A stretch of DNA of 41,830 bases from a virus. The stretch lies in the IMG/VR virus record IMGVR_UViG_3300045988_035073, positions 1-41,830 of that record; one strand, written 5' to 3'. The position numbers were made by a program, and so were the translations under genes. Below the pieces are notes generated by a model. That model had not been told where the DNA came from, searched no databases, and was given only the letters and a program-made list of their open reading frames with translations. The stretch's first letter is position 1. The number at the start of each line of letters is the position of its first letter. Shown here one piece after another: positions 16,198-25,658 of the stretch.

Positions 16198-16886
16198 TGC
16201 AAACGACTAGCGCATTATGGAAAACACTCCTACAGGATAAAACGCACTGGAAAGAGCAAAAAATCAGCATTGGCCAGACGGAATACGATAAAGAGAAAAT
16301 CGTAAGCCTCTCCGTTTCGGCAGCGCTGTTCGGGGGACGGGTAGCAACCGTCGGGAGCTGTGTTTCTGCTCAATTAAGCCTTGTTTTGTGGAATCCTGGC
16401 AGCATTCCAAGGAATGCGGAGGTAAAAGCGTATACGCGATTGAGCAACGGGACGCAATCCTCGGAATGGCTGCAAGTCGGCGTTTTTTACATCGATACCA
16501 GGGATATTGATCCCGATGCAAATACCATTACCCTATCTTGCTATGACGCCATGCTCAAATCGGAGCAGACGTTTTTACTGGAAGGCGATACAGGCGAGTG
16601 GCCCAGGACGCAGCAAGCGGTTGTAAACGCCATTTGCACCCGCATGGGGGTGGAGCTGGATAGCCGGACGGTTATCAACTCCACCTACATGGTGGAGTAC
16701 CCCAACGACTATACCATGCGGGAGATTTTGGGCTATATCGCCGCCGCTCACGGCGGCTGCTGGATCATCACACCGGCGGGCAATCTGCGGCTGGTGACGC
16801 TGGGCGGCCTGCCGGCAGAGACAAATTACCTCGTGGATGAGTACGGCAACACAATCACGATGGGAGGGGTGAGAATCCTTGTCTGA
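16197..16886 (+). CDS. Tail/baseplate component
   Basis: Coupled start; position after the TMP. Confidence 0.55.
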   Translation: MQTTSALWKTLLQDKTHWKEQKISIGQTEYDKEKIVSLSVSAALFGGRVATVGSCVSAQLSLVLWNPGSIPRNAEVKAYTRLSNGTQSSEWLQVGVFYIDTRDIDPDANTITLSCYDAMLKSEQTFLLEGDTGEWPRTQQAVVNAICTRMGVELDSRTVINSTYMVEYPNDYTMREILGYIAAAHGGCWIITPAGNLRLVTLGGLPAETNYLVDEYGNTITMGGVRILV

Positions 16887-18252
16887 CAAACTCTACTTGG
16901 GGCGGCAGATCACGGATTTTTCTGCCCCTCCCAAATTTTTGCCCTATAGCCGGGTGACGATCTGGTACGACGACGAGAAAGCCTACACCGCCGGAGACGA
17001 TACCGGGCGGACGTTGGAGGTGGACTGCCCTTGGGCCACCCAGGCGATGGCCAACAACCTTCTGGCTGCCGTCTCCGGCTACGCATACCAGCCGTTTTCC
17101 GCTTCTGGTGCCATCCTGGACCCTGCGGCGGAGCTGGGCGATGCCATCACCGTCAACGGCATCTACAGTCTCCTGGCGGCCATCGACACCACGGCGGACG
17201 CCCTGGACAGTGCCGACATTGGCGCTCCCGGGGAGGAGGAAGTGGACCACGAGTACCCGTACCTCTCCCCCCAGGACCGGGCGCTGAAGCGCAAGGTCGC
17301 CCTGGGAGCTCTGTATTACGGCACCCGGATCAGCCGGAACAGGGGCCTCGAGATCGTGAAGACGGACGGAGAGACGGAGAAAGCCCGTGTAATCCTCAAC
17401 GCCGACACCCTGGCCTTCTACAATGATGACGGCGAAGAGGCGCTGTACTTCGATGCCGCAGCGGGCAAGTACAAGTTCCGGGGCATCATCAACGTCAACG
17501 ACAAGTTCCTGGTGGATAAGGATGGGAACGTAACCCTGGGCGGCAACGTGGTATTCACCGGCGAGAGCAGTTTTACGCAGGTTAAGTATTCTACCGACAA
17601 AGAGACCTGGGTGGATGAGTGGGACGAAGCCTGGGAGAACACCAGCACGGAGGTGTGGGCCAAGTACAGCTACAACGCCGGGACCACCTGGACCTCCCCC
17701 ATTCTGGTGCAGGCCAAAAACGGTGAACGGGGCCCCGCCGGGTCCTCCGCCAGCGTCACTTTCGCCAACATCAAGGCAGCTCTAATGCGGGCCAATGCCA
17801 CGGAAAGTACCTTTATCACGGCGGATGAATTTGGGTCCCCGAATATCTACGGCGGCAAAATCTACGGAGCGGAAATCTACGCAGGCAGCGGAGACACCGA
17901 CGAAGGCTACGCCGCCATGACGGCCAACGGCTTCGATGTGGTATCCGCTGGGGATTTGCACAAGATCGGCCTGGGCTTGGAAACCATCGGGAGCATCGAC
18001 TACCCGTACCTCATTTTGGGCGCTGGGTCTGGTGATACCGGCAGCGACAACGGCGTGGTGAAGAAGTTCACGACGGGCGTCTGGATCGGAGACAGCAGCG
18101 CCATTGGCGTGGCGAATTCCAGCCAGATCACCGGTACGGGGATTTTTATTTCTTTCGGCTCGAACACCATCTACCAGGTGAAAAACGGCTCGATGTCCGA
18201 AATTGGCTCCGGCAGCGGCGGCGAAGTCACCGTCCGGGCCGTGTGGGGGTGA
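16879..18252 (+). CDS. Baseplate/tail-associated structural protein (457 aa)
   Basis: TTG start 9 nt after GGGAGGGG; position. Confidence 0.6.
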   Translation: MSDKLYLGRQITDFSAPPKFLPYSRVTIWYDDEKAYTAGDDTGRTLEVDCPWATQAMANNLLAAVSGYAYQPFSASGAILDPAAELGDAITVNGIYSLLAAIDTTADALDSADIGAPGEEEVDHEYPYLSPQDRALKRKVALGALYYGTRISRNRGLEIVKTDGETEKARVILNADTLAFYNDDGEEALYFDAAAGKYKFRGIINVNDKFLVDKDGNVTLGGNVVFTGESSFTQVKYSTDKETWVDEWDEAWENTSTEVWAKYSYNAGTTWTSPILVQAKNGERGPAGSSASVTFANIKAALMRANATESTFITADEFGSPNIYGGKIYGAEIYAGSGDTDEGYAAMTANGFDVVSAGDLHKIGLGLETIGSIDYPYLILGAGSGDTGSDNGVVKKFTTGVWIGDSSAIGVANSSQITGTGIFISFGSNTIYQVKNGSMSEIGSGSGGEVTVRAVWG

Positions 18253-18900
18253 TTGGAGGTGGCTGCAAGCGTATTCCCCGGCAACTGGGAATGTGATTAC
18301 ACCGACACCACCATCACGGCGAGAGTTACTGATCCAGATGAATACTCCTATTTTGCTTGGTCCCTCCGGACTGCGGATGGTAACACAACCCTGCAATCCC
18401 GTGGGTACTCTCTCGCGCGGACGGCATCGTTTACCGGGCTTACTCCGGCTACAACGTACCGAGTATACCTCTCCTGGTCCCACTCAACCACTGGCGAGGG
18501 CAACTACGAGTACGATTATGTTACCACGCAGGCCGTGGAGCCTCAACCGGAGCGCCCTGCCAACTGGGAATGGACATCCACCGTGGAGGTGAATGCAAAA
18601 GTCCCGCTCACCTTGGAAGCAGATGGGACGTATCTTGCCAAATACCTCACGGCAACGGAATGGGACGGCTTTATTTCCCGTTGTATCGCCTTCGCCAAGT
18701 ATCTGGGGATGTCCGTCTCCGGCTCTCAGATCAGCACCACTCCTGGCACCAACATGGAGGCCAGCGACGTGAATGCTGTGATCGATCTCTTGACCACCAT
18801 GAATCCGCCCACGTCGCCTCCGGCCAAGGTAGCCGCCGGAGATGTGATCTCGGCGGCGACCATCAACGGCTTAAAAAACAGCCTCAACAGCATCACCTAG
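18253..18900 (+). CDS. Tail fibre-associated protein with FN3-like N-terminal domain
   Basis: TTG/GTG start abutting the upstream stop; ...FTGLTPATTYRVYLSW... is FN3-like. Confidence 0.55.
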   Translation: MEVAASVFPGNWECDYTDTTITARVTDPDEYSYFAWSLRTADGNTTLQSRGYSLARTASFTGLTPATTYRVYLSWSHSTTGEGNYEYDYVTTQAVEPQPERPANWEWTSTVEVNAKVPLTLEADGTYLAKYLTATEWDGFISRCIAFAKYLGMSVSGSQISTTPGTNMEASDVNAVIDLLTTMNPPTSPPAKVAAGDVISAATINGLKNSLNSIT

Positions 18901-18914
18901 AAAGGAGAAATCCC

Positions 18915-19076
18915 ATGGATAAATCGAAGATCATTCGCATGGCAGCTGGTATCCGGGACGCCGCGCGGCACGTTACCGTAGCGGGCGATGAGAACTGGAC
19001 GAATATGCTTGGCATCGTGCAGACGGCGGAGGCCATCATTGCGGAGGCCCGAAAGGAGGAGACTGCCGATGGCTGA
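18915..19076 (+). CDS. Small hypothetical protein (53 aa)
   Basis: AAAGGAG RBS then ATG 18915. Confidence 0.55.
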   Translation: MDKSKIIRMAAGIRDAARHVTVAGDENWTNMLGIVQTAEAIIAEARKEETADG

Positions 19077-19581
19077 TAAGAGCATCAACGATCTCCCGGC
19101 GGTAGAATCCCTGGCCGACGATGGCCTCCTGCCGGTATACCAGGACGGCGGGGCCAAGCGCCTTACCGGCGCTCTGCTTGCTCAGTACGCGGAGGCTGCC
19201 GCCAAAGTCCAGGCCGACGCTGCTGCCGTTAGCGCTCAAAAAGCGGAAGCTGCATCCAACAATCCCGCGTACATCGGGGATAACGGCAACTGGTACACCT
19301 GGGATAATCAGGCAGGAAACTACGCTGATAGCGGCGTAGCGGCCACCGGCCCCAAAGGGGCTACCGGTTCACGCGGCCCTACAGGCCCCCAAGGCCCCCA
19401 GGGTCCGGCTGGCCCCCAAGGCCCCCAGGGTCCGGCAGGTCCCGCAGGAAGCGGCACCGGCGATATGCTGGCATCTGTGTATGATCCGGCAGGCGAGGCC
19501 AAGCAGGTTCTGTTCAAAGGGCAGGTTACGGCATCGGTATCTGGGAAAAAACTCATTCTGACGATTCCGGGGGTGGCATGA
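19069..19581 (+). CDS. Collagen-like (GXY repeat) tail fibre protein
   Basis: GPKGATGSRGPTGPQGPQGPAGPQGPQGPAGPAGSG. Confidence 0.8.
   Translation: MADKSINDLPAVESLADDGLLPVYQDGGAKRLTGALLAQYAEAAAKVQADAAAVSAQKAEAASNNPAYIGDNGNWYTWDNQAGNYADSGVAATGPKGATGSRGPTGPQGPQGPAGPQGPQGPAGPAGSGTGDMLASVYDPAGEAKQVLFKGQVTASVSGKKLILTIPGVA
19384..19437 (+). repeat. Tandem 27-bp duplication inside the collagen-like region
   Basis: ggcccccaaggcccccagggtccggct / ggcccccaaggcccccagggtccggca. Confidence 0.9.
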
Positions 19582-19883
19582 AGATGACGCAAGGTGATTC
19601 TTACAGTATCGATATTACGATTGAAAACGAAGGAAAGCCGCTGGATATCTCGGAAATTGAGCTGGTTGAGATCACCTTGCTCAATCTCACGAAGACCTAT
19701 CCGGAGGAAGTTTCTTTCAGCGACGGAGCGTTCCATTTCCCTCTTTCCCAGGAGGAAACGATGCGTCTGGTGCCACTGCTATGCCCCATGCAGGTTCGCG
19801 TGAAGTTCACGAGCGGGGACGTGATCGGATCGGAAATCCAGAAGATCGATGTGCAGCGGGTTTTGAGTAAGGCGGTGCTGTAA
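19578..19883 (+). CDS. Hypothetical beta-rich structural protein
   Basis: ATGA coupling; lies in the fibre block. Confidence 0.55.
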   Translation: MKMTQGDSYSIDITIENEGKPLDISEIELVEITLLNLTKTYPEEVSFSDGAFHFPLSQEETMRLVPLLCPMQVRVKFTSGDVIGSEIQKIDVQRVLSKAVL

Positions 19884-20158
19884 TGGTGCCTATCACCTTC
19901 AAGATATCCCGCAAGACCGTGGGATTCTCCGTCCGAGCGCCTGCGCGAATCGGAATTACATTCAGCGTGTCCGTGCGGAACGGCGGGGAGCTGTACAATG
20001 GCCCCTATACCGTGGACCCGCATTTTGCCGCGCAGGTCCTCTCTACCAAGGAGAAGGTCCTTCGGGAAGATATCACCGTCAATCCCATCGATGTTGCCCG
20101 CGTGAGCAATCCGTCGGGCGGGAATACGATCTATATTGGAGGCATTACGAATGGCTAA
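19883..20158 (+). CDS. Hypothetical structural protein
   Basis: Coupled start; lies in the fibre block. Confidence 0.5.
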   Translation: MVPITFKISRKTVGFSVRAPARIGITFSVSVRNGGELYNGPYTVDPHFAAQVLSTKEKVLREDITVNPIDVARVSNPSGGNTIYIGGITNG

Positions 20159-20738
20159 TCAGTATAACAGCAAGGTGGTGTTGCAGTCTGGCGAAGTCCT
20201 CATGGACCTCACGGGCGATACCGTCGTGGCGGACAAGTTGCTTAAAGGCTACAAGGCCCACGGCAAGGATGGTGCTCCCATTACCGGCACCTGTACGTTC
20301 GACGCGGATACCAGCGAGGCCACCGCAGGCGCGTCGGAAATTCTACAGGGGAAGACGGCTTATGCGGTCGGCAACAAAGTCACCGGCTCTATGCCCAACA
20401 ACGGCGCGAAGACGCTGAATGTTGCGGAGAAAGGCACCACCGTCCCCATCCCCCAGGGATATCATGATGGCTCCGGCGTGGCCCAGCTCGATCCCACCGA
20501 GGCGGAGAAGCTGGTGTCGAAGAATATCCGCGAGGGCATCACGGTCTTCGGCGTGGCTGGTACGATGTCCGGCAGTGAGGGCATGAAGCCCCAGGCAAAG
20601 TCCGTTACGCCCAATTTTTCGAGTCAGCAGGTGCTTCCGGATACCGGGTACAACTGCATCTCGCAGGTGACGGTGGCCGCTATCCCCGTTGCGTATACTG
20701 ATAACGCACAGGGAGGCAAAACCGTCACCATCGGCTGA
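20151..20738 (+). CDS. Tail fibre module protein (N-terminus paralogous to 20750..21184)
   Basis: KVVLQSGEVLMDLTGDTVVADKLLKGYKAHGKDGAPITGT versus KVEMNGSTILDLTGDNVTPEALLVGVIAHDAAGERIVGT. Confidence 0.6.
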   Translation: MANQYNSKVVLQSGEVLMDLTGDTVVADKLLKGYKAHGKDGAPITGTCTFDADTSEATAGASEILQGKTAYAVGNKVTGSMPNNGAKTLNVAEKGTTVPIPQGYHDGSGVAQLDPTEAEKLVSKNIREGITVFGVAGTMSGSEGMKPQAKSVTPNFSSQQVLPDTGYNCISQVTVAAIPVAYTDNAQGGKTVTIG

Positions 20739-20749
20739 GGTGACGGCCT

Positions 20750-21184
20750 ATGGGAGTAAACAAGGTTGAGATGAATGGCTCCACCATCCTGGACCTGACG
20801 GGGGACAACGTTACTCCGGAGGCGCTTTTGGTGGGGGTCATCGCGCACGATGCTGCGGGAGAACGGATCGTCGGAACGCTCGATCTCAGCACCAAGCAAG
20901 ATGTGCTGCTTACATCCGGCGCGGCGGTCGGCAACCTAATCAAAGTTGCGGCGGTGGATGCGAACGGAAAGCCCACCGCCTGGGCCATTGCAGAGGCCGG
21001 AACAGACTATGCAGGCACTACACACGCATCCACCTCCGTGTACGGCATTACGAAGCTTAGTACCAGCGTAACGTCTGCCAGCAAGACAACAGCGGCCACC
21101 CCGTATTCTGTGAAATCTGCGTTAGCCAAAGCAAAGCAATACTGTGATGATGCGATTATTGGCGCGATCAACAGTAGCTATTAA
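20750..21184 (+). CDS. Tail fibre protein
   Basis: YGITKLSTSVTSASKTTAATPYSVKSA fibre motif; C-terminus ...AIIGAINSSY. Confidence 0.65.
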   Translation: MGVNKVEMNGSTILDLTGDNVTPEALLVGVIAHDAAGERIVGTLDLSTKQDVLLTSGAAVGNLIKVAAVDANGKPTAWAIAEAGTDYAGTTHASTSVYGITKLSTSVTSASKTTAATPYSVKSALAKAKQYCDDAIIGAINSSY

Positions 21185-21201
21185 GGCGGGAAGGTGACAA
21201 T

Positions 21202-21855
21202 ATGGGAAAAACAATTACCCTGACAAACATCCTTGCAAACAGCGGACAAGGAATTTTTGGTGCATTTCTTAATAACTGTACTTGGCAATCCTCTACGATA
21301 ACAGCGGGAGATGGAGCGACAAGAAGCGTAAGAGTAATCCCGTCAGCGGCGGGAGAATGTACCCTGACTACTGATTATCACAATCTGGTGGCATCTCATA
21401 AATACTACCTGAGTCTCAAAATTAAATTTGAATCTCAGGCCAGTGGAACCGTGGATTGGTATTGGCCCATTGCAGAACCGGCAGCAGTTTCTGGTATGAA
21501 AGTTGGCGGAGATGCTGATACGTGGGTCCGTTGTTCTGCTGTGTTTACTCGGACTCAATTTACGGATGGCAATTATCCTTGCCGGTTTGACTACAACAAC
21601 GAGAGTGTCAATGTACCGTTCCGGCTTACCTCTTGTATGCTGCTTGACCTGACTGCTGCTTTTGGGTCGGGCAAGGAACCCAGTAAAGAGTGGATGGATG
21701 AACACCTTACTACATTTTCCGATTCCCCAACGCTTTCCTACTACGAGAACCTTGGCGAGCTGTTCACGGATATCGCAAATGCCCTCCGGACGAAGAGCGG
21801 ACAGACAGAGGAGATTTTCGCCTGTGATTTCCCAGCGAAAATCCGGGCGCTGTAA
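21202..21855 (+). CDS. Putative receptor-binding / carbohydrate-binding fibre tip protein
   Basis: Visibly lower GC than its neighbours; jelly-roll-like beta-rich sequence; ...LLDLTAAFGSGKEPSKEWMD... Confidence 0.5.
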   Translation: MGKTITLTNILANSGQGIFGAFLNNCTWQSSTITAGDGATRSVRVIPSAAGECTLTTDYHNLVASHKYYLSLKIKFESQASGTVDWYWPIAEPAAVSGMKVGGDADTWVRCSAVFTRTQFTDGNYPCRFDYNNESVNVPFRLTSCMLLDLTAAFGSGKEPSKEWMDEHLTTFSDSPTLSYYENLGELFTDIANALRTKSGQTEEIFACDFPAKIRAL

Positions 21856-21869
21856 TTGGAGAGTAGCGT

Positions 21870-22088
21870 ATGGCAGAGCTGACACAAATCGAGCTGAACG
21901 GGACGGCATACGATATCCGGGATGCGCGAATTCAAGGCAACAACGCAACCGCACAGGCCAGCAAATTTGCGGTCATTGATGGTTCCGGGAATATCAATTA
22001 TCGCACGGCTAGTCAGGTCTTTTCGGATATCGGGGTGGATGCGGCGATCCAAACCGCAATCGTGGTAGCCATCAATAGCGAGTATTGA
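21870..22088 (+). CDS. Small fibre-associated protein sharing a C-terminal motif with 20750..21184
   Basis: Ends ...AIVVAINSEY, compared with ...AIIGAINSSY. Confidence 0.5.
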   Translation: MAELTQIELNGTAYDIRDARIQGNNATAQASKFAVIDGSGNINYRTASQVFSDIGVDAAIQTAIVVAINSEY

Positions 22089-22107
22089 TGAGGCAAGAGA
22101 GGTGCAA

Positions 22108-22599
22108 ATGAAAAAAAACATTTTTCTGGATATCAAAACGTGGGTCACAGCGGCCATCGCCGCTTTGACCGCCGTCTGGGGCTGGTTCGGCTGGCTCATC
22201 GTGGCCTGGGTGCTGCTGATGCTGGCGGACTGGCTGATCGGGAGCGCGGCCGCCATGAAGCGGGGCGAGTGGTCCAGCAAGAAGCTCCGGGAGGGGGCGT
22301 GGCACAAGGGCGGCATGATCGTCATTGTGTGCGTGGCCTGCGCGGCGGACTGGCTGCTGGGGTCCATGCTGGGCAATCTCCCCGGCGTGACACTGCCCTT
22401 TGAATATACGGTGCTTCTGGGGCCTCTCGTGGTGGTGTGGTACATTCTGGGCGAGCTGGGGAGCCTGGCGGAGCACGGAGTGAGTATGGGAGCACCGGTC
22501 CCCAAGTGGCTGGTCCGGCTGCTGGCGGCGGGGAAAAAGGCCGTAGATGCCGCCGGAGATAAGATGGCGCCGGAGGACGAGGAGGTCAAAAATGAGTAA
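22108..22599 (+). CDS. Holin (Phage_holin_4_1 / TcdE-like)
   Basis: Multiple TM helices, ...LGELGSLAEHG.. motif, charged C-terminus; alternative GTG start at 22102. Confidence 0.8.
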   Translation: MKKNIFLDIKTWVTAAIAALTAVWGWFGWLIVAWVLLMLADWLIGSAAAMKRGEWSSKKLREGAWHKGGMIVIVCVACAADWLLGSMLGNLPGVTLPFEYTVLLGPLVVVWYILGELGSLAEHGVSMGAPVPKWLVRLLAAGKKAVDAAGDKMAPEDEEVKNE

Positions 22600-23911
22600 G
22601 ATGGTTACGGTGCGTTTTGCCCCGGATGGCCTGCAGAAGATTCAGCTCTATGTGACGAAGAAGACGGAGAAACTGACGGCCAGCCAGGTCCGCAAGCGGA
22701 CAGGGGCCGACGTGGTCATCAACGCCAGCCTCTACGACTCCAACCGCTGGGTCCCCAACTGCGACGTGAAGGCGGACGGGAAGATCCTGAGCGATGACAA
22801 GTACAGCTACCGGGGCCTGGGCTGGAACAGCGGGGAGGGGAAGTTTCGTATCGCCGTCAGCGGCGAGATGGAGAGCTATGACAACTTCATCTCCGGTGTG
22901 CTTCTCCTCTGGCAGGGGAAGCCCTACCCCTACCATGCTGACGCCGCCGTTTCCCGCCGGAGCGGACGGACGGTCCTTCTGGGCCTCACGGATGGGAGCT
23001 ATCTCCTGCGCTGCTTCCCGGACGGGGCGCTGGGGATGACGCCGGGGGAGCTCCAGCGTGCGCTCCTCCGGGAGTTCCCGGCGGCGGACTGGGCCCTGAT
23101 GCTGGACGGCGGCGGCAGCGTGCAGCTCTCTCAGGAGGGGGAGGCGTATCTCTACTCTCCCCGGCGGGTCCACAACTACCTCTGCTTCTGGCGGAAGCGG
23201 GAGGCGGACGGCTGCCCGTATCCGGAGCCCACGGCGCTGGTGCGGCAGGGGAGCTCTGGCAGCGGGGCTCGGTGGGTCCAGTGGCAGCTCCAGCGCCACG
23301 GCGGGGACCTGGCGGTAGACGGCAGCTTTGGGGCAGAGAGTGACCGGACGCTGCGGGCCTTCCAGGAGGCGTATGATCTGGAGGCGGACGGAATCTGCGG
23401 ACCGGCTACGAGAAAGCAGCTGAAAGCGGAGCGGGAGGAGAAGACAGCCCGGGCCGTGCTTTTCGCGGCTGCTAGTCAGGTGGGTGTCACGGAAAGCCCT
23501 GCCGGTAGCAACCGGGTGAAGTACAACACGGCCTACTATGGCCGGGAGGTTTCTGGCAAGGCGTACCCCTGGTGCATGGCCTTCGTCTGGTGGGTCTTCC
23601 GCCAGGCGGGGCTCTCCCTCTACAAAACGGCGTCTTGCAGCGCCCTGGTGGGCCGCTACAAGGCGCAGGCCCCCGGGCAGGTCATCCGGGGAGGATACCG
23701 GCCCGGAGACATCGTATTCTTTGACTTCACGGGCAAACGGACCAAGACAGAGCACGTGGGCATCGTGGAGAGAGTGAGAACAGACGGGACCCTCACCACC
23801 ATCGAGGGCAACACCGGCATGGGCAACGACACCAACGGCGGCGCTGTCATGCGGCGGAAGCGGAAACAGGGGCTCGTCACCTGCGGTGTAAGACCGGGGT
23901 ATCCAGATTAA
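22592..23911 (+). CDS. Endolysin: phosphodiester-glycosidase-like (NAGPA/DUF2233-type) N-domain + PG_binding_1 + CHAP
   Basis: ADVVINASLYD...LMLDGGGSVQL; WVQWQLQRHGGDLAVDGSFG..TLRAFQ; CHAP Cys/His PWCMAFVWW...EHVGIVE. Confidence 0.8.
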   Translation: MSKMVTVRFAPDGLQKIQLYVTKKTEKLTASQVRKRTGADVVINASLYDSNRWVPNCDVKADGKILSDDKYSYRGLGWNSGEGKFRIAVSGEMESYDNFISGVLLLWQGKPYPYHADAAVSRRSGRTVLLGLTDGSYLLRCFPDGALGMTPGELQRALLREFPAADWALMLDGGGSVQLSQEGEAYLYSPRRVHNYLCFWRKREADGCPYPEPTALVRQGSSGSGARWVQWQLQRHGGDLAVDGSFGAESDRTLRAFQEAYDLEADGICGPATRKQLKAEREEKTARAVLFAAASQVGVTESPAGSNRVKYNTAYYGREVSGKAYPWCMAFVWWVFRQAGLSLYKTASCSALVGRYKAQAPGQVIRGGYRPGDIVFFDFTGKRTKTEHVGIVERVRTDGTLTTIEGNTGMGNDTNGGAVMRRKRKQGLVTCGVRPGYPD

Positions 23912-23985
23912 AATTTGAGAGGAGGCAAGCCAGATGATGGCGACATCCGCACGGCCCCGCCGTGTCCTGCAAGTCCGGCGACAAG

Positions 23986-24222
23986 ATGGACGTACAGCAC
24001 CGGGAGATCAGAGCGCTGCTCTCCGGCATGGCCCCACGCCGGGCCACGGAGGCGGTCCGTGCGGCGGGCTTGCCGCCGGACGAGGAGACCTGCGTCGTTG
24101 AGGTGGATATCTTGGGCCGCAGCTGCCTGCAGACTGCTGCCCGGCTCAACCTCAGCGTGGACGGGCTCTACAAGCTCCGCAGGAGGGCTTATGCCCACCT
24201 GGCGGATGACATCAGGGGATAA
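23986..24222 (+). CDS. Small sigma-region-4-like HTH protein
   Basis: ...SCLQTAARLNLSVDGLYKLRRRAYAHLA; start uncertain (GTG 23962 or ATG 23986). Confidence 0.5.
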   Translation: MDVQHREIRALLSGMAPRRATEAVRAAGLPPDEETCVVEVDILGRSCLQTAARLNLSVDGLYKLRRRAYAHLADDIRG

Positions 24223-24227
24223 GAGGA

Positions 24228-24260
24228 GGCCGTGCCCAATTTGGGCACGGCCTTTTGCTT
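24228..24260. terminator. Terminator between convergent genes
   Basis: ggccgtgccc-aattt-gggcacggcc (10 bp perfect) followed by ttttgcttt. Confidence 0.8.
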
Positions 24261-25306
24261 TATTCATCCTGCTCCGGCGGGAGGACGGTCCAGCCGTAGG
24301 CGGTACGGCGCTTTCCCGATTTTGCTTTGGCAAACAGTGTAAGCATAGTGCGCACGTTTTGCGGTGTCGGCTCTCTGGCGAATAGCTCTCGACAATTTTC
24401 CCGTAGCCATTCACTCAGATTTCTGACAAGGATTAACTCTCCATCCGGAGATTTTAGCAGCACCGGCTTGCCGCCTCCCCTCTCTGCTACTGGGAGATCT
24501 TTGCAATCAAAATGAGTAACATAGTTACCCACAACGGCCCCTCCCGCTTTCTCCCCGTCAGCTCTTCTCCGCCGATATCGCTCACAGGCAGCCGTAAGCA
24601 TTTGCTCATGATATTTTTTCGCGGTGTTTGCTTTCTTCTCCTCTGTACGAGCCTTTAAGGCCGCTTGCTTTTTGACAAAAAATTCTCCACGGACAGGAGG
24701 CCCTGAAGTAGAGCATAGCTCCCCGTGATCGTCCTCCCAGCCGTCAAGCTGCCATCCTTTATACTGTGGGACCGCAAACAGGCGGCCCTTTTGCAATCTG
24801 GCCCCGGTGTAAGATCGTTTTATAGCGGCAAAACCGGACTCAATTACGCCCCCATTGTGATCGTTTGGTTCCATCCCAAATTTTTGAGCATTTTCTCTCG
24901 CCCATCCACACAAATTACATACCTTAATTTTAGCCCCCTGCGGAGAGCGGATATACCATACTGTTTCGGGCCTCTTGGCAGCTTTTTTCCCAATGGCGGA
25001 CCAATTTTTGCGCATTTGCTCCCTGTAATTTGGGCTATCGTAGGCGGAAGAATTATAACTGCCCCACGCTATCATTTCCTGCTTGGCTTTCTCCCGTGCG
25101 GCGGCTGCCTCGTCAATGCTGCGGAATCCGTCTGCCGCCCAGCAAATTCCATTCACCCGTACAATGGCAGAGTAAGTTCCGGCACATTTGCCTTTTGGGC
25201 AAAACTGGACGCCGGTCACGCTGGTTTTTTTACCATCTGGATTTCGCGATTTCCGGAGCTGAATGCCACATCTGGCTTCCGGCTGAGTTTTATTCTTTAC
25301 GTCCAT
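24260..25306 (-). CDS. AP2-domain DNA-binding protein with two copies of a ~60-aa module seen in homing-endonuclease-type DNA-binding regions; no nuclease motif recognised
   Basis: AP2-like YSAIVRVNGICWAADGFRSIDEAAAAREKA; repeats VWYIRSPQGAKIKVCNLCGWARENAQKFG...YKGWQL and PVLLKSPDGELILVRNLSEWLRENCRELF...AYGWTVL. Confidence 0.6.
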   Translation of the reverse strand: MDVKNKTQPEARCGIQLRKSRNPDGKKTSVTGVQFCPKGKCAGTYSAIVRVNGICWAADGFRSIDEAAAAREKAKQEMIAWGSYNSSAYDSPNYREQMRKNWSAIGKKAAKRPETVWYIRSPQGAKIKVCNLCGWARENAQKFGMEPNDHNGGVIESGFAAIKRSYTGARLQKGRLFAVPQYKGWQLDGWEDDHGELCSTSGPPVRGEFFVKKQAALKARTEEKKANTAKKYHEQMLTAACERYRRRRADGEKAGGAVVGNYVTHFDCKDLPVAERGGGKPVLLKSPDGELILVRNLSEWLRENCRELFAREPTPQNVRTMLTLFAKAKSGKRRTAYGWTVLPPEQDE

Positions 25307-25651
25307 TTATCCCTCCGGGCGGCGATAGAAGCCAGTGACCTGAGCTAGCAGGAGCCGGACGTAATCCGGGCACTGGCTGTCGCCCCGCTCCCAATTCTCC
25401 ACGGAGCGGTACGGGATCAGGTAGCGGAGGGCGAAGGCCGTCCTAGTAAGCCCGGTGTGCGCCCGAAGGTCCCGGATGGTGACGTGGGCCACGTCCCAGA
25501 GGGCGCCAAGATCACTGATCCGCTGGGAGGGAATCTCGGCGTCCTCGGCGTCTCCCCATGCGGAGGAAAGGGCCCAATCGGAGACATACTTATCCCGATC
25601 ATCCGTCTTTAGCGCGGCGCCGAAAAGTGCGCTGAATTTATCGTCCATCAT
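25307..25651 (-). CDS. XRE-type HTH protein
   Basis: C-terminus ...GLTRTAFALRYLIPYRSVENWERGDSQCPDYVRLLLAQ; stop abuts the start of 24260..25306. Confidence 0.7.
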   Translation of the reverse strand: MMDDKFSALFGAALKTDDRDKYVSDWALSSAWGDAEDAEIPSQRISDLGALWDVAHVTIRDLRAHTGLTRTAFALRYLIPYRSVENWERGDSQCPDYVRLLLAQVTGFYRRPEG

Positions 25652-25658
25652 CGCTCAG

